DNA from: a bacterium
GTDB lineage: Bacteria; Bacillota_I; Bacilli_A; RFN20; CAG-826
NCBI GenBank assembly: GCA_963605025.1
Contig: CAVCSZ010000001.1
Location: forward strand, 18,387 to 82,386
Direction: 5' to 3'
DNA length: 64,000 nt
Shown here: positions 50,354 to 61,940 of the stretch, piece by piece
How the letters are laid out: the number at the start of each line of letters is the position of its first letter
Position numbering within the stretch: the first letter of the stretch is position 1
Position numbers and translations under genes: made by a program
The notes under the pieces: generated by a model
Told to the model about the DNA's origin: nothing
The model's input: only the letters and a program-made list of their open reading frames with translations
Database searches by the model: none

Positions 50354-53077
50354 CTAATGATGTAATTCTTTCTTAATATTTATTTTTTTAATTCTAAAAA
50401 CTAAAAATATTGAGGATAAAAAAGAAATTATAAAACTTAATATTATTAAATATATTAAATGTTTTGGATTTATTATAAATAAGTTAAAACCTCCAATCAT
50501 TTTCTTAATAACAAAAGATAAAGATATATTTCCAAAAATCATTAAAATTATTGCAAAAAATAGTCCTATTAATGAAGTTAATAAATTTAAAATAAAACAA
50601 TTTTTAAATACTTCATGTGAAGAATATCCAAGTATCATTAAAATTGCACTTTCTTTTTTAGATTCAGTAAATCTAATATAAGATATAATTATTAAAAGAA
50701 TCAAACAAATTGCAATAGCAAAAATAGAAAAAATATTTAATATAATTAAAATTATTTTTAAAGATTCATCAATTGAATTTTCAATTTCTAATAATGGTGC
50801 TGAAATTTTAAATTCTTTTTGTTCATTATTGAATTTAATAATTATATCATCATCAACTTTTTCATTTAAAAAAACAGTTATATTTTGAATTGAAAGATAG
50901 TAAGGAGATATATTTAATCGATCTCTATAAAAATTAATAGAAAAATATCCATTTTGATAAATTATGTTGTTAGATTCATTTACAATTCCAGTAATTTTAA
51001 AATTAACAATTTTATAATTATTTTTTAAAATATCATCATTAGAATCAATAAATGTACTTAAATAAATTGAATCATTAACTTTTAAATTAAATTTTTTTGA
51101 AATATCTTTTGAAATCGCAATTTCTTTATAGTTATCTGGATATCTTCCTTCAATTGAATTAGAAAAATCTGAAGATATTTTTAATTTATCTTCATTATTT
51201 ATTAAATAATTTCCTGATAAAAAATAATTTGAATTATTAATATAATAGTAATCTTCAAATTTTAAATCACTTTTAATAATGTTTTCTAAAGCTGATGAAT
51301 CATTAGATAAAAAAGTAGGAAAAGAAAAACCTGCTAAAAGAGAACTATAATTGATATATCCATAATTTGTAGAATAATAATATGATTTATATTCAAAATA
51401 ATCATTAAAAATTTCAATATCAGTTTCTTTTAAATAATTATCTATCTTATAAATTAAAGCAATTTTATCTTTAGAAAAAGAAGAATCAAAAGTAAAATCA
51501 TTATATAAAGGGTTTAAAGAAATTTTTTTAATTAATTTTTCTTTATCATTACTTTTAAAATAATAATATTTTCTTAAATCCCAAGGATATTCATTTTTTC
51601 TATTAAAATCTAAATATGAAGGAAATCTCATTTGTTCTTCTAAAACATATTCATTAAAAAATAAATGAGAAGAAATAATTTCATTAGATGAAGTTAAAGT
51701 TATCCCTTTAATATTAAAAATTAGTTCATCATCATAAGTCCAATAATCATTTCTAACTTTTAATAAAATATATGGATTAAATTTTTCAATATATTTTCCT
51801 AAACTATTAAAAGTATTTTCAATTCTTAAATTAGATGTTAAATTTAACATTGTTTCATTATTTAATCCTAATATTATTTCGTTTTTATTTAATTTTGAAG
51901 ATATTAAAGGATAAGTATTAATACTATTTATATTTTTAATATATTTATAATTTATAAAATTATTCATATTTAAATTATCAATTTTCACTAAAGATTTAAA
52001 TTGATTTACTAAATAAATATCATTTTCTTCGATAAAAAAATCATTAAAATTATTTAAATAATACGCTCCAATTTCTTCAATTTCATTATAGTTATTATAT
52101 AAATTAATAATATCTTCTTTAGAAGCTCCATAATAATCTTCTATTTCATAACTATTTTCTTTCTTTTCTAATATAATCGAATTTTCACCACATAAGCTAG
52201 AAAAAGATGAAATTATTAAATTTGATATTTCATCTTTTAAAGTTAATGTAAGTCCACAAGTAAATAAAGAAAAAGAAATAATTGAAACTAAAAACATTTG
52301 AGATTTTCTTTTATACTTAAATAAATTTTTAAATCTTGTAAAAATATGTCGAAATTTTATTTCTCCTTTAAATAAATAATTTTTATTTGAAATTGTAAAA
52401 GATTTAGGAAAATGAGCGTCTTCATTTTCATTATATATTATTTTTTCATTTTCAAGTGACAATATATTATTTCCATATAACTTTGTAAAATATTCATCAT
52501 GTGTAATTACAATAACAAGTACATATTTTGAAATAGATTTTAAAATTTTAAATATTTTTTTAGAATTTTTAAAATCTAAAGCTCCAGTAGGTTCATCTGC
52601 AAGTATTATTTTAGGAGATTTTACTAAAACACGCGCAATTCCAACTCTTTGTTTTTCGCCTCCAGATAGATTTTTAACTAAAGAATTTTTCAAATGCAAT
52701 ATTCCTAATTTTTTTAAAACATCTATCATTAAATAATTTTTTTCTTTATTAGAAATTGAAAGAGTATCTAAAACCAATTTAATATTATTTTCTACTGTAT
52801 CATCTTCAAATAAATTAAATGATTGAAAAATAAAACCAATATCTTTTAAACGTAACTCTCTTTTTTCTTTTTCATTTAATTTTTTAATCGATTTATTATC
52901 AATTTTAATATCTCCTTCAAAATCAGTATCTAATCCTGAAATTAAATTTAAAATAGTAGATTTTCCAGCTCCAGATCTACCTTTAATTATATAAAAACCA
53001 TTATCTAGAAATGTAAAATTGAAATTATTAAAAAGATATTTATCAAATTTTTTAGAAACATTTATAAATTCAATCAT
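50354..53077 (-). CDS. Fused ABC ATPase + FtsX-type permease (MacB architecture) with about 490-aa extracytoplasmic domain
   Basis: Walker A GRSGAGKST, signature LSGGEKQRV, Walker B ILADEPTGALD. TM1 at about aa 260-280, a long Asn/Tyr/Ile-rich region, then three C-terminal TM helices (FtsX-like). Confidence 0.8.
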   Translation of the reverse strand: MIEFINVSKKFDKYLFNNFNFTFLDNGFYIIKGRSGAGKSTILNLISGLDTDFEGDIKIDNKSIKKLNEKEKRELRLKDIGFIFQSFNLFEDDTVENNIKLVLDTLSISNKEKNYLMIDVLKKLGILHLKNSLVKNLSGGEKQRVGIARVLVKSPKIILADEPTGALDFKNSKKIFKILKSISKYVLVIVITHDEYFTKLYGNNILSLENEKIIYNENEDAHFPKSFTISNKNYLFKGEIKFRHIFTRFKNLFKYKRKSQMFLVSIISFSLFTCGLTLTLKDEISNLIISSFSSLCGENSIILEKKENSYEIEDYYGASKEDIINLYNNYNEIEEIGAYYLNNFNDFFIEENDIYLVNQFKSLVKIDNLNMNNFINYKYIKNINSINTYPLISSKLNKNEIILGLNNETMLNLTSNLRIENTFNSLGKYIEKFNPYILLKVRNDYWTYDDELIFNIKGITLTSSNEIISSHLFFNEYVLEEQMRFPSYLDFNRKNEYPWDLRKYYYFKSNDKEKLIKKISLNPLYNDFTFDSSFSKDKIALIYKIDNYLKETDIEIFNDYFEYKSYYYSTNYGYINYSSLLAGFSFPTFLSNDSSALENIIKSDLKFEDYYYINNSNYFLSGNYLINNEDKLKISSDFSNSIEGRYPDNYKEIAISKDISKKFNLKVNDSIYLSTFIDSNDDILKNNYKIVNFKITGIVNESNNIIYQNGYFSINFYRDRLNISPYYLSIQNITVFLNEKVDDDIIIKFNNEQKEFKISAPLLEIENSIDESLKIILIILNIFSIFAIAICLILLIIISYIRFTESKKESAILMILGYSSHEVFKNCFILNLLTSLIGLFFAIILMIFGNISLSFVIKKMIGGFNLFIINPKHLIYLIILSFIISFLSSIFLVFRIKKINIKKELHH

Positions 53078-55029
53078 TCTTCTTTAAGCTCCTTATAAAT
53101 AGAAATATTTTTAATGTTTTTAAAAATTAAACTTGAAGTTAACGCTAAAGCGATAACAAAAATCAAAATTATTGATGAATTTAAAAATATATTTAAATTC
53201 ATTTTAAAATTTAAATTTAAATAAATATTGATAAAATTATTTATATATTGTTTTAAATAATTAAAAATTAAAAAAGATGTTAAATAAGAAATCACTAATA
53301 AAATTAAATCTTTAAAAAAATATAAATTTAAAATACTTTTATTTTTAAAGCCTAAAGATAAAGAAATCGCTATATCTTTTTTACTTGAAGTGATTTCTGA
53401 AATATTAATAAATAATAGAATCAATATCGTGCCTATAAAAATAAAAATTGTAAATATAAAAATACCTAATTCTAAAGTATTAATTAAAGAAACAAAAGAT
53501 GATGATAATACATAAGCTTCATTAGTGATTTCATAATTATTTGATTTAATATAATTTTGAAAATCTTTAGAGGTAATTTTTTTAATATCGTTACTTATAA
53601 TTAATTTAGAATAAGAATTTAATTCTTGATTATTATTAAAATAAGTATATAAATCAATTAAATTAATGTCATTATTTTTAATTTGTGATATTTTATCTAA
53701 TTTAAATGAACTTAATAAATTAGAAAGATATGTATAATTATAGTAAATCCTTGGAGAATTTGAAAAATAAAATTCTTTCACTACATCTTTAACTATAAAA
53801 TAATGATTTATTTTTATTTCTTCTTTACAATAATCATTAATGTCATTTAGATATAATTTAACTTCTTTATTTATTACTATATTTAAAATATCTCCTTTAG
53901 ATAAATTATATTTTTCGCTTGCTAAATCATTTACAATAATTTCGTTATTAATCGTATTTTCATCAAAAAAAGGCTTAAAATTTATATTTTGATATTCATT
54001 CTCTTTAATAATAGCTTTGTTATTTAAAGTAAAATAATCTAAATTATTTTTTAATAAATAATTAATATTTTTCTCTTTAAGTAAATCTTCAATTTGTTCA
54101 TCTGGTATTTCTTTTTTTGTAATAGATAAAGAATTATTAGATTTAATTTTATTAATTTTAGAACATGTGAAAATATTATTAGAACAATACTCGTTAATAA
54201 TATTTTTAGAATAAGAATTAAAAGAATTATAAAAATTAAAAGAAAAAAGTAAAATTATAAAAGATATCATTAATGAAATCGAAGATAAAATAGAAAATTT
54301 CAAAGAATTTTTAAAAATCTTTTTAAATAAAATCTTTTTATTAAGATGACATTTTTTAAATTTAATATCTTTTTCTTCTTTTAAATTAGAAATATTATTT
54401 TCAATAATTGATCCATTTTCTAATCTTATATAATTTGAATCATATTTTTTAATTAATTCTTCATTATGAGTTACAATTATTACCAATTTTTCTTTACTAA
54501 TATTATAAAGTTCATCAATTAAAAAATTACTAGATTCTAAATCTAAAGAACCTGTAGGTTCATCTGCAAAAAGAATAAGAGGATTCTTAATCAAAGATCT
54601 AATTAAAGCAATTCTTTGTTTTTCTCCACCTGATAAATTATAAATATAACTATTTTTCTTATCTAAAAGATTATACTTCAATAAATATTCATCAATTAAT
54701 CTTTCGTTATTACAAACAATTTTTAAATTATCTATAACTTTTAAATTATTAAACAAATTAAAATCTTGATATAAAATTCCAATATTTGAATAGTATTCAT
54801 TTAAATTGTTTTTATTATATAAATTAATATCATTTATTAAAATTTTCCCTTTGTTAGGCTTATTTATACCTTCTAACACACTTAATAAACTAGATTTTCC
54901 ACTACCTGATTTTCCAATAATAAAAAACATTCCAACATCTGGAAATTCTAAGTTTATATCTTTTAAAATTGGTTTATAAACTTTATCATTTATTTTATAA
55001 CTTAAACTTAAATTTTTAACTTCTATCAT
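53074..55029 (-). CDS. Fused ABC ATPase + FtsX-type permease (MacB architecture)
   Basis: Walker A GKSGSGKSS, LSGGEKQRI, LFADEPTGSLD. TM1 at about aa 245-265, about 250-aa extracytoplasmic region, three C-terminal TM helices. ATGA overlap with the downstream paralogue. Confidence 0.8.
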   Translation of the reverse strand: MIEVKNLSLSYKINDKVYKPILKDINLEFPDVGMFFIIGKSGSGKSSLLSVLEGINKPNKGKILINDINLYNKNNLNEYYSNIGILYQDFNLFNNLKVIDNLKIVCNNERLIDEYLLKYNLLDKKNSYIYNLSGGEKQRIALIRSLIKNPLILFADEPTGSLDLESSNFLIDELYNISKEKLVIIVTHNEELIKKYDSNYIRLENGSIIENNISNLKEEKDIKFKKCHLNKKILFKKIFKNSLKFSILSSISLMISFIILLFSFNFYNSFNSYSKNIINEYCSNNIFTCSKINKIKSNNSLSITKKEIPDEQIEDLLKEKNINYLLKNNLDYFTLNNKAIIKENEYQNINFKPFFDENTINNEIIVNDLASEKYNLSKGDILNIVINKEVKLYLNDINDYCKEEIKINHYFIVKDVVKEFYFSNSPRIYYNYTYLSNLLSSFKLDKISQIKNNDINLIDLYTYFNNNQELNSYSKLIISNDIKKITSKDFQNYIKSNNYEITNEAYVLSSSFVSLINTLELGIFIFTIFIFIGTILILLFINISEITSSKKDIAISLSLGFKNKSILNLYFFKDLILLVISYLTSFLIFNYLKQYINNFINIYLNLNFKMNLNIFLNSSIILIFVIALALTSSLIFKNIKNISIYKELKEE

Positions 55030-55091
55030 ATCCCTATATATAACAAGAAGTTATCAAAAATAAAAATTAACCTAATAATAAAAATATTTTT

Positions 55092-55128
55092 TAAAAAATA
55101 AAAAAGTTGTTACTTTCGTAACAACTTT
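55092..55128 (-). terminator. Rho-independent terminator of the 45-codon gene
   Basis: Minus strand reads AAAGTTGTTAC-gaaa-GTAACAACTTT followed by TTTTATTTTTT. Confidence 0.8.
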
Positions 55129-55130
55129 GT

Positions 55131-55268
55131 TTAGAAATATAAATCTCTAATGTCTAAGAATCTTGCGTAATCTTCTACAAAAGTTTGAAACCCATTTTCA
55201 TTTCTGTATGAATTCGTGTCTTTGGAAGAATGATTACGAAAGAAAACTTTCTTAATTTTTTTAATCAT
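55131..55268 (-). CDS. Hypothetical 45-aa hydrophilic protein
   Basis: MIKKIKKVFFRNHSSKDTNSYRNENGFQTFVEDYARFLDIRDLYF. AAGGAGA lies 5 nt before the ATG. The longer track ORF (to 55358) would run through the promoter. Coding status is unproven. Confidence 0.5.
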   Translation of the reverse strand: MIKKIKKVFFRNHSSKDTNSYRNENGFQTFVEDYARFLDIRDLYF

Positions 55269-55329
55269 TCTGTTCTCCTTATAATATTTGAATATGTATT
55301 TTGGGCTTAATACATTTTCAAAGAATAAT

Positions 55330-55358
55330 ATTATAAAGAAGAATGATGATGTTGTCAA
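55330..55358 (-). promoter_or_regulatory. Consensus sigma-A promoter driving the 45-codon gene
   Basis: Minus strand reads TTGACA (55358-55353), exactly 17 nt, TATAAT (55335-55330). Both hexamers are perfect. Confidence 0.65.
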
Positions 55359-55376
55359 ATAAAATTTTAAATTTTT

Positions 55377-56720
55377 TTAATCAGCTAAAGTTCCCATTGG
55401 ATCCCAAGGATTTAAAATTATAGGATTTTCTTTTAAAGCATTTAATTCTACTTCATTTAAATATTTCTTTTTAATAACTGCTTGGTATACAAAAGAATCA
55501 AACCAAGTATTGCTCATTACGTAATATCCTTGATCACCGACTTCTTTTCCCCAAGAATTTTCAATTTTCCAACGATTAATTAAATCATTTTTTAAATTAT
55601 ATCCTGTTATACACATTGCGTGATTCATTACTGAAGCATGATAATCTAACATTGCTTCTTTAGAAAAAGTAATATCAAATCCAAATGGAGTTACATAATC
55701 AAATGCTTGATTATCCCATACTCCGCTTTGTCTATTTCTATAAAAAGAAACATCACTTCCAAACCAAACAATAGAATCATCATCTAATTGATTTTTTATT
55801 AATTCTTTCATTCTATCCATTGGAACATTTAAATGACATATATCTTCGCCATCTAAACAATTATTTAAATATGCAATTGTATATGTTTTAAAATATGGCT
55901 TATCTTTTGTAGGTGAATTAATTAAAGATACATATTCATCAATTTCATCTCCGATATATTCTTCAAAAAATGATTTAGGTGTTAAATCTTTTTCAATATG
56001 ATAAACATTATTTTCATCATAATATTCAAAATCAAATTTAGAAGGAGGTACTCCAAAACTATTAATTAATAATGAATATATTTTATTCATATATGAATCT
56101 TTGATGTTTTTAATTTCATTATAATCTTTATTTTTTAAATTTTTAATTTCGCATGCAAATTGACGAATTAAATTATTAATTAAAAAATTACTTTCACTAG
56201 TAGCGCTTGATTGAAATGTTTCATTAAAATTGTTCTTTGGTAATATACCATATTTTTTAACAATATTTTTAAACATATCCCATTGACCACCATCACTAAC
56301 GCCCCAAGTTAAAACATGCATTAAAACTCTTTCATCTGGCTCATTATCAATTAAATCTGCAATTGAAGATAAACAATAATTACATTTTTCTAATTTATCA
56401 TATAAAGCAATATAATTTTGAGATAATTCAAAATCTTTTAATTTTAATTTTTTAGCAACAATTTCTCTTAATACATTTAATCCTGCAAAAATCCAACATC
56501 TTCCACTTTGTTTTTGATTACAAACAGGTAATGTTTTTACTTCTTTGGAAAAAGTAAAAATAGTGTTTTGTTCATTTTCATTTTCATAAGCAACACTTGA
56601 TATAGAAGATTTACTTAAAGAATGACGAATTAATTTATTTTTTAAATCTTTATTATAATTTTCTTTAAAATTAGAATTTTCTAAATCTAAAGCAAAATCT
56701 TTTTTATTTATATTTTTCAT
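55377..56720 (-). CDS. pepC: Aminopeptidase C (C1B bleomycin-hydrolase family cysteine peptidase)
   Basis: QKQSGRCWIFAGLN active-site Cys context; HAM and ENSWG motifs; 447 aa. Confidence 0.9.
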   Translation of the reverse strand: MKNINKKDFALDLENSNFKENYNKDLKNKLIRHSLSKSSISSVAYENENEQNTIFTFSKEVKTLPVCNQKQSGRCWIFAGLNVLREIVAKKLKLKDFELSQNYIALYDKLEKCNYCLSSIADLIDNEPDERVLMHVLTWGVSDGGQWDMFKNIVKKYGILPKNNFNETFQSSATSESNFLINNLIRQFACEIKNLKNKDYNEIKNIKDSYMNKIYSLLINSFGVPPSKFDFEYYDENNVYHIEKDLTPKSFFEEYIGDEIDEYVSLINSPTKDKPYFKTYTIAYLNNCLDGEDICHLNVPMDRMKELIKNQLDDDSIVWFGSDVSFYRNRQSGVWDNQAFDYVTPFGFDITFSKEAMLDYHASVMNHAMCITGYNLKNDLINRWKIENSWGKEVGDQGYYVMSNTWFDSFVYQAVIKKKYLNEVELNALKENPIILNPWDPMGTLAD

Positions 56721-56733
56721 TTTTAAAACCTCT

Positions 56734-58158
56734 TTATTTTAATAATTCTTCTTGAATTAATTTATTTGCAATAAGTGGATCAACTTTACCTTTATTTTTC
56801 TTCATTAATAATCCCATAACGAAACCTTGAGCACGTGTTTTACCGTTTTTAAAATCATCTGGTAAAGTAGGATTTTGCTTAATAATTTCTTGAATATCAT
56901 TTCTAATTAAAGCTTCATCATTAATTAAAGTTGCACCCATTTCTTTTTGAAGTTCAAGTGGAGATTTACTAGTTTCAATCATTTTAGCAAAGATATCTTT
57001 TCCTTGTTTAGAATTGATTTTTTTATTTACTAATAATTCAACTAAATCCGCTAAATCTTTTGGAGTAACATTAAATTCTTTTATAGTTAATTCATTTTTA
57101 TTTAAATAACCTAAAACTTCAGAAATAATGTAATTAGCAAGTTGTTGATAATTCTTAGAATATTTTGTAATTTCATCAAAATAATTTGCTAATTCTACAC
57201 TTGATAATAAAATTTTTGAATCTACTTTATTTAAAGAATAATCATTCATAAATCTTTCAAGTTTAGCGTCATATAATTCATTAGAAGTTTCAATTGCGTG
57301 ATTAACAAATTCATCACTTAAATGAACTACTGGAATATTTCCCTCTGTAAAATATTTATAATCAACAGCGTCAGTTTTAACTCTCATTAAGATAGTTTCT
57401 TTTTTAGCTTCATCCCATCTTCTTGTTTCTTGAGCAATTTCTTTTCCACTTAATAACATTGAAGATTGTCTTGAAATTTCAAAATCAATTGCAGCTTCAA
57501 TATTTGCAGTAGAATTTAAATTTTTAACTTCAACTTTAGTACCAAATTTTTCACTACCAAATGGACGTAAAGAAATATTAACATCACATCTTAAAGATCC
57601 ATTTTCCATTTTTCCATCACTTACATCTAAATAAGTAACAATTTCTTTAATTTTTTCTACATATTTTCTTGCTTCTTCCCCACTTCTTAAAGCTGGTCTT
57701 GAAACAATTTCAATAAGAGGAATTCCTGCTCTATTATAATCAAGTAAAGTATAATCACTGAAATGGTGTTGCATACAAGTATCTTCTTCCATATGTAAAC
57801 GTTCAATTTCAATTTTTCTTTTCTTATCATCAATTTCAACTTCTAAATATCCATCACTTCCAATAGGAAATTCTTGTTGAGTAATTTGATAACCTTTTGG
57901 TAAATCACTATAGAAATAATTTTTTCTATCAAATTGTAAATTGTGATCTATTCTCATATGTAAAGCATTACATACTCTAATAGCGTTAATAACACCTTGT
58001 TTATTTAATCTAGGTAAACTTCCTGGATATGCTAAATCAAGATATGTTGTATTTGTATTTGGTTCACTTCCAAATTTTATAGGAGCATATGAAAACATTT
58101 TAGTTTTAGTTTTCATTTCAACGTGAATTTCTAAACCAATAACAGCTTCAAAGTTCAT
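56734..58158 (-). CDS. gatB: Asp/Glu-tRNA amidotransferase subunit B
   Basis: GLEIHVE..., RCDVNIS; 474 aa; follows gatA. Confidence 0.96.
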   Translation of the reverse strand: MNFEAVIGLEIHVEMKTKTKMFSYAPIKFGSEPNTNTTYLDLAYPGSLPRLNKQGVINAIRVCNALHMRIDHNLQFDRKNYFYSDLPKGYQITQQEFPIGSDGYLEVEIDDKKRKIEIERLHMEEDTCMQHHFSDYTLLDYNRAGIPLIEIVSRPALRSGEEARKYVEKIKEIVTYLDVSDGKMENGSLRCDVNISLRPFGSEKFGTKVEVKNLNSTANIEAAIDFEISRQSSMLLSGKEIAQETRRWDEAKKETILMRVKTDAVDYKYFTEGNIPVVHLSDEFVNHAIETSNELYDAKLERFMNDYSLNKVDSKILLSSVELANYFDEITKYSKNYQQLANYIISEVLGYLNKNELTIKEFNVTPKDLADLVELLVNKKINSKQGKDIFAKMIETSKSPLELQKEMGATLINDEALIRNDIQEIIKQNPTLPDDFKNGKTRAQGFVMGLLMKKNKGKVDPLIANKLIQEELLK

Positions 58159-59621
58159 TAGTTATTTCCTCCTTTATTATTAATTGAAAAGTTTTTCATA
58201 CCAATAATATTTTCACAATCTAATGCAATTTCTAAACATTTTTTATCTTCAAAAATATTAGAAGTAATATTTAAACCAAATGGTAATTCTTCTTTCATTC
58301 CTAATGGAATTGTAATTGATGGATATCCTCCAAAATTTCCAATTCCTAAATAGTTATCTGCAATTAAATATTCGTTATTTAATTTATCTCCAGTTGAATT
58401 TATTAAAGGAGCAGTTGAAGGAGATGCAGGAGCAATAAAGGAATCATAATCTTTAAATATTTCATTGAATTTATTAACAATTATATGTCTTACTTTTTTA
58501 GCTCTTAAATATGTATCTTCTTGATTTTCTCTCATTAACGCAAAACTTCCTAAGACAAATCTTCTTTTGATAAGTTCTCCAAAGCCTTCATTACGTGTAT
58601 TAAACATAACTTCTTGATAAGTTTTGCCTTCTTTTCTATTTCCGAATTTAATTCCATCTAAATTTGCATTATTACTAGTAGCTTCTGCACTTGAAATAAT
58701 AATATAAGAAGGATAAATTGCTTTTAATATTTTTTCATCTACTGAAATTACATCAATTTGATTTCCTTCACTTTTTAATTTTTCAACAAGTTTATTAAAT
58801 TCTTCAACAATTTTTTTATCTTTAATAGAATCAATAATTTCTTTAACAATTGCGATTTTATGAGTTTTCTTTTCTAAAGGTAAACATGATTTTCTTTCTT
58901 TTAAAGAAGAAGTATAGTCTTTTTCATCATATTTATTTAATAAATCATATGAAATAGCAGCATCTAAAACGCTACGAGTAAAATATGCAACATGATCTAA
59001 AGATACACTAAATGGAAATAAACCAAATCTTGATATAGTTCCATATGTAGGTTTAAAACCAACTGCACCAACATTACTTGCAGGTTTTCTAACACTATCA
59101 CCTGTATCGCTTCCTAATGCAAAAGGAACGTAAGCTGAAGAAATTGCAATAGCACTTCCTGATGATGATCCACCTACTAAATGTTTCTTTTCATTATCAA
59201 AAGGATTATATTGAGTTCCTAAATGTCCGCTTGTACCACTTCCACCCATTGCAAGTTCATCTAAAGTAGTTTTAGCAACCATAATAGCTTTTTTAGATTT
59301 TAATATTCTAATTACTTCAGCATCAAATAAAGGTACATATCCTTTTAAAATATTACTTCCACCAGTAGTTTCAATTCCTTTTGTAGATAAATTATCTTTA
59401 GCAACATAAGGTATGCCAAAGAAATAATTGTCTTCTGGAACAACTTCATTATCTAATTCATATGCTTCTTTTAATGCTTCTTCTTCATTAATAAATTCAA
59501 AAGCATTAAATTTATCATTTTTAATTCTATTTAAAGATTCTTTAACTAAATCTGAAACTTTAATTTCTTTATTTAAAAGAGCTTCATGAATTTCTACAAT
59601 TGTTTTATCTAAAATATTCAT
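58158..59621 (-). CDS. gatA: Asp/Glu-tRNA amidotransferase subunit A
   Basis: Amidase signature GGSSSGSAIAISS...GSDTGDSVRKPAS; 487 aa. Confidence 0.96.
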   Translation of the reverse strand: MNILDKTIVEIHEALLNKEIKVSDLVKESLNRIKNDKFNAFEFINEEEALKEAYELDNEVVPEDNYFFGIPYVAKDNLSTKGIETTGGSNILKGYVPLFDAEVIRILKSKKAIMVAKTTLDELAMGGSGTSGHLGTQYNPFDNEKKHLVGGSSSGSAIAISSAYVPFALGSDTGDSVRKPASNVGAVGFKPTYGTISRFGLFPFSVSLDHVAYFTRSVLDAAISYDLLNKYDEKDYTSSLKERKSCLPLEKKTHKIAIVKEIIDSIKDKKIVEEFNKLVEKLKSEGNQIDVISVDEKILKAIYPSYIIISSAEATSNNANLDGIKFGNRKEGKTYQEVMFNTRNEGFGELIKRRFVLGSFALMRENQEDTYLRAKKVRHIIVNKFNEIFKDYDSFIAPASPSTAPLINSTGDKLNNEYLIADNYLGIGNFGGYPSITIPLGMKEELPFGLNITSNIFEDKKCLEIALDCENIIGMKNFSINNKGGNN

Positions 59622-59623
59622 AA

Positions 59624-59926
59624 TTAACCTACAACCTTAGGAAGTTTAATTTGTCCTTCCTTAACTTCTTTAGCGTTTTTAAGCATATCTTCTTTACTTA
59701 AAATTTCTTCACCTTCATTATCTTCTCTTAAAAGTGAAAAATTTTCATCAACATAAGGAAAAGACATTGGAGTTATATTATCAATTCCTTCAATATCATC
59801 CATTAATTTTAATTGAGATGTAATAACTTCAAATTCATTAAGTAAAACATCATATTCTTCATCTTTCATATCAAAAAGTAATCTATTTGCACAATCTTTT
59901 AAGACTTCTTTATCTACTTTTTTCAT
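59624..59926 (-). CDS. gatC: Asp/Glu-tRNA amidotransferase subunit C
   Basis: 100 aa; position upstream of gatA; LREDN motif. Confidence 0.9.
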   Translation of the reverse strand: MKKVDKEVLKDCANRLLFDMKDEEYDVLLNEFEVITSQLKLMDDIEGIDNITPMSFPYVDENFSLLREDNEGEEILSKEDMLKNAKEVKEGQIKLPKVVG

Positions 59927-59927
59927 T

Positions 59928-61940
<2,013 letters not shown>

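Noticed and set aside
55030-55091. Clear promoter and RBS for the ABC transporter pair.
   Set aside because: Only weak candidates exist (TGaTAACTT, and AGGGA 1-2 nt from the ATG). I could not support a specific promoter call. The start codon itself is supported by the canonical ABC N-terminus MIEVKNLS.
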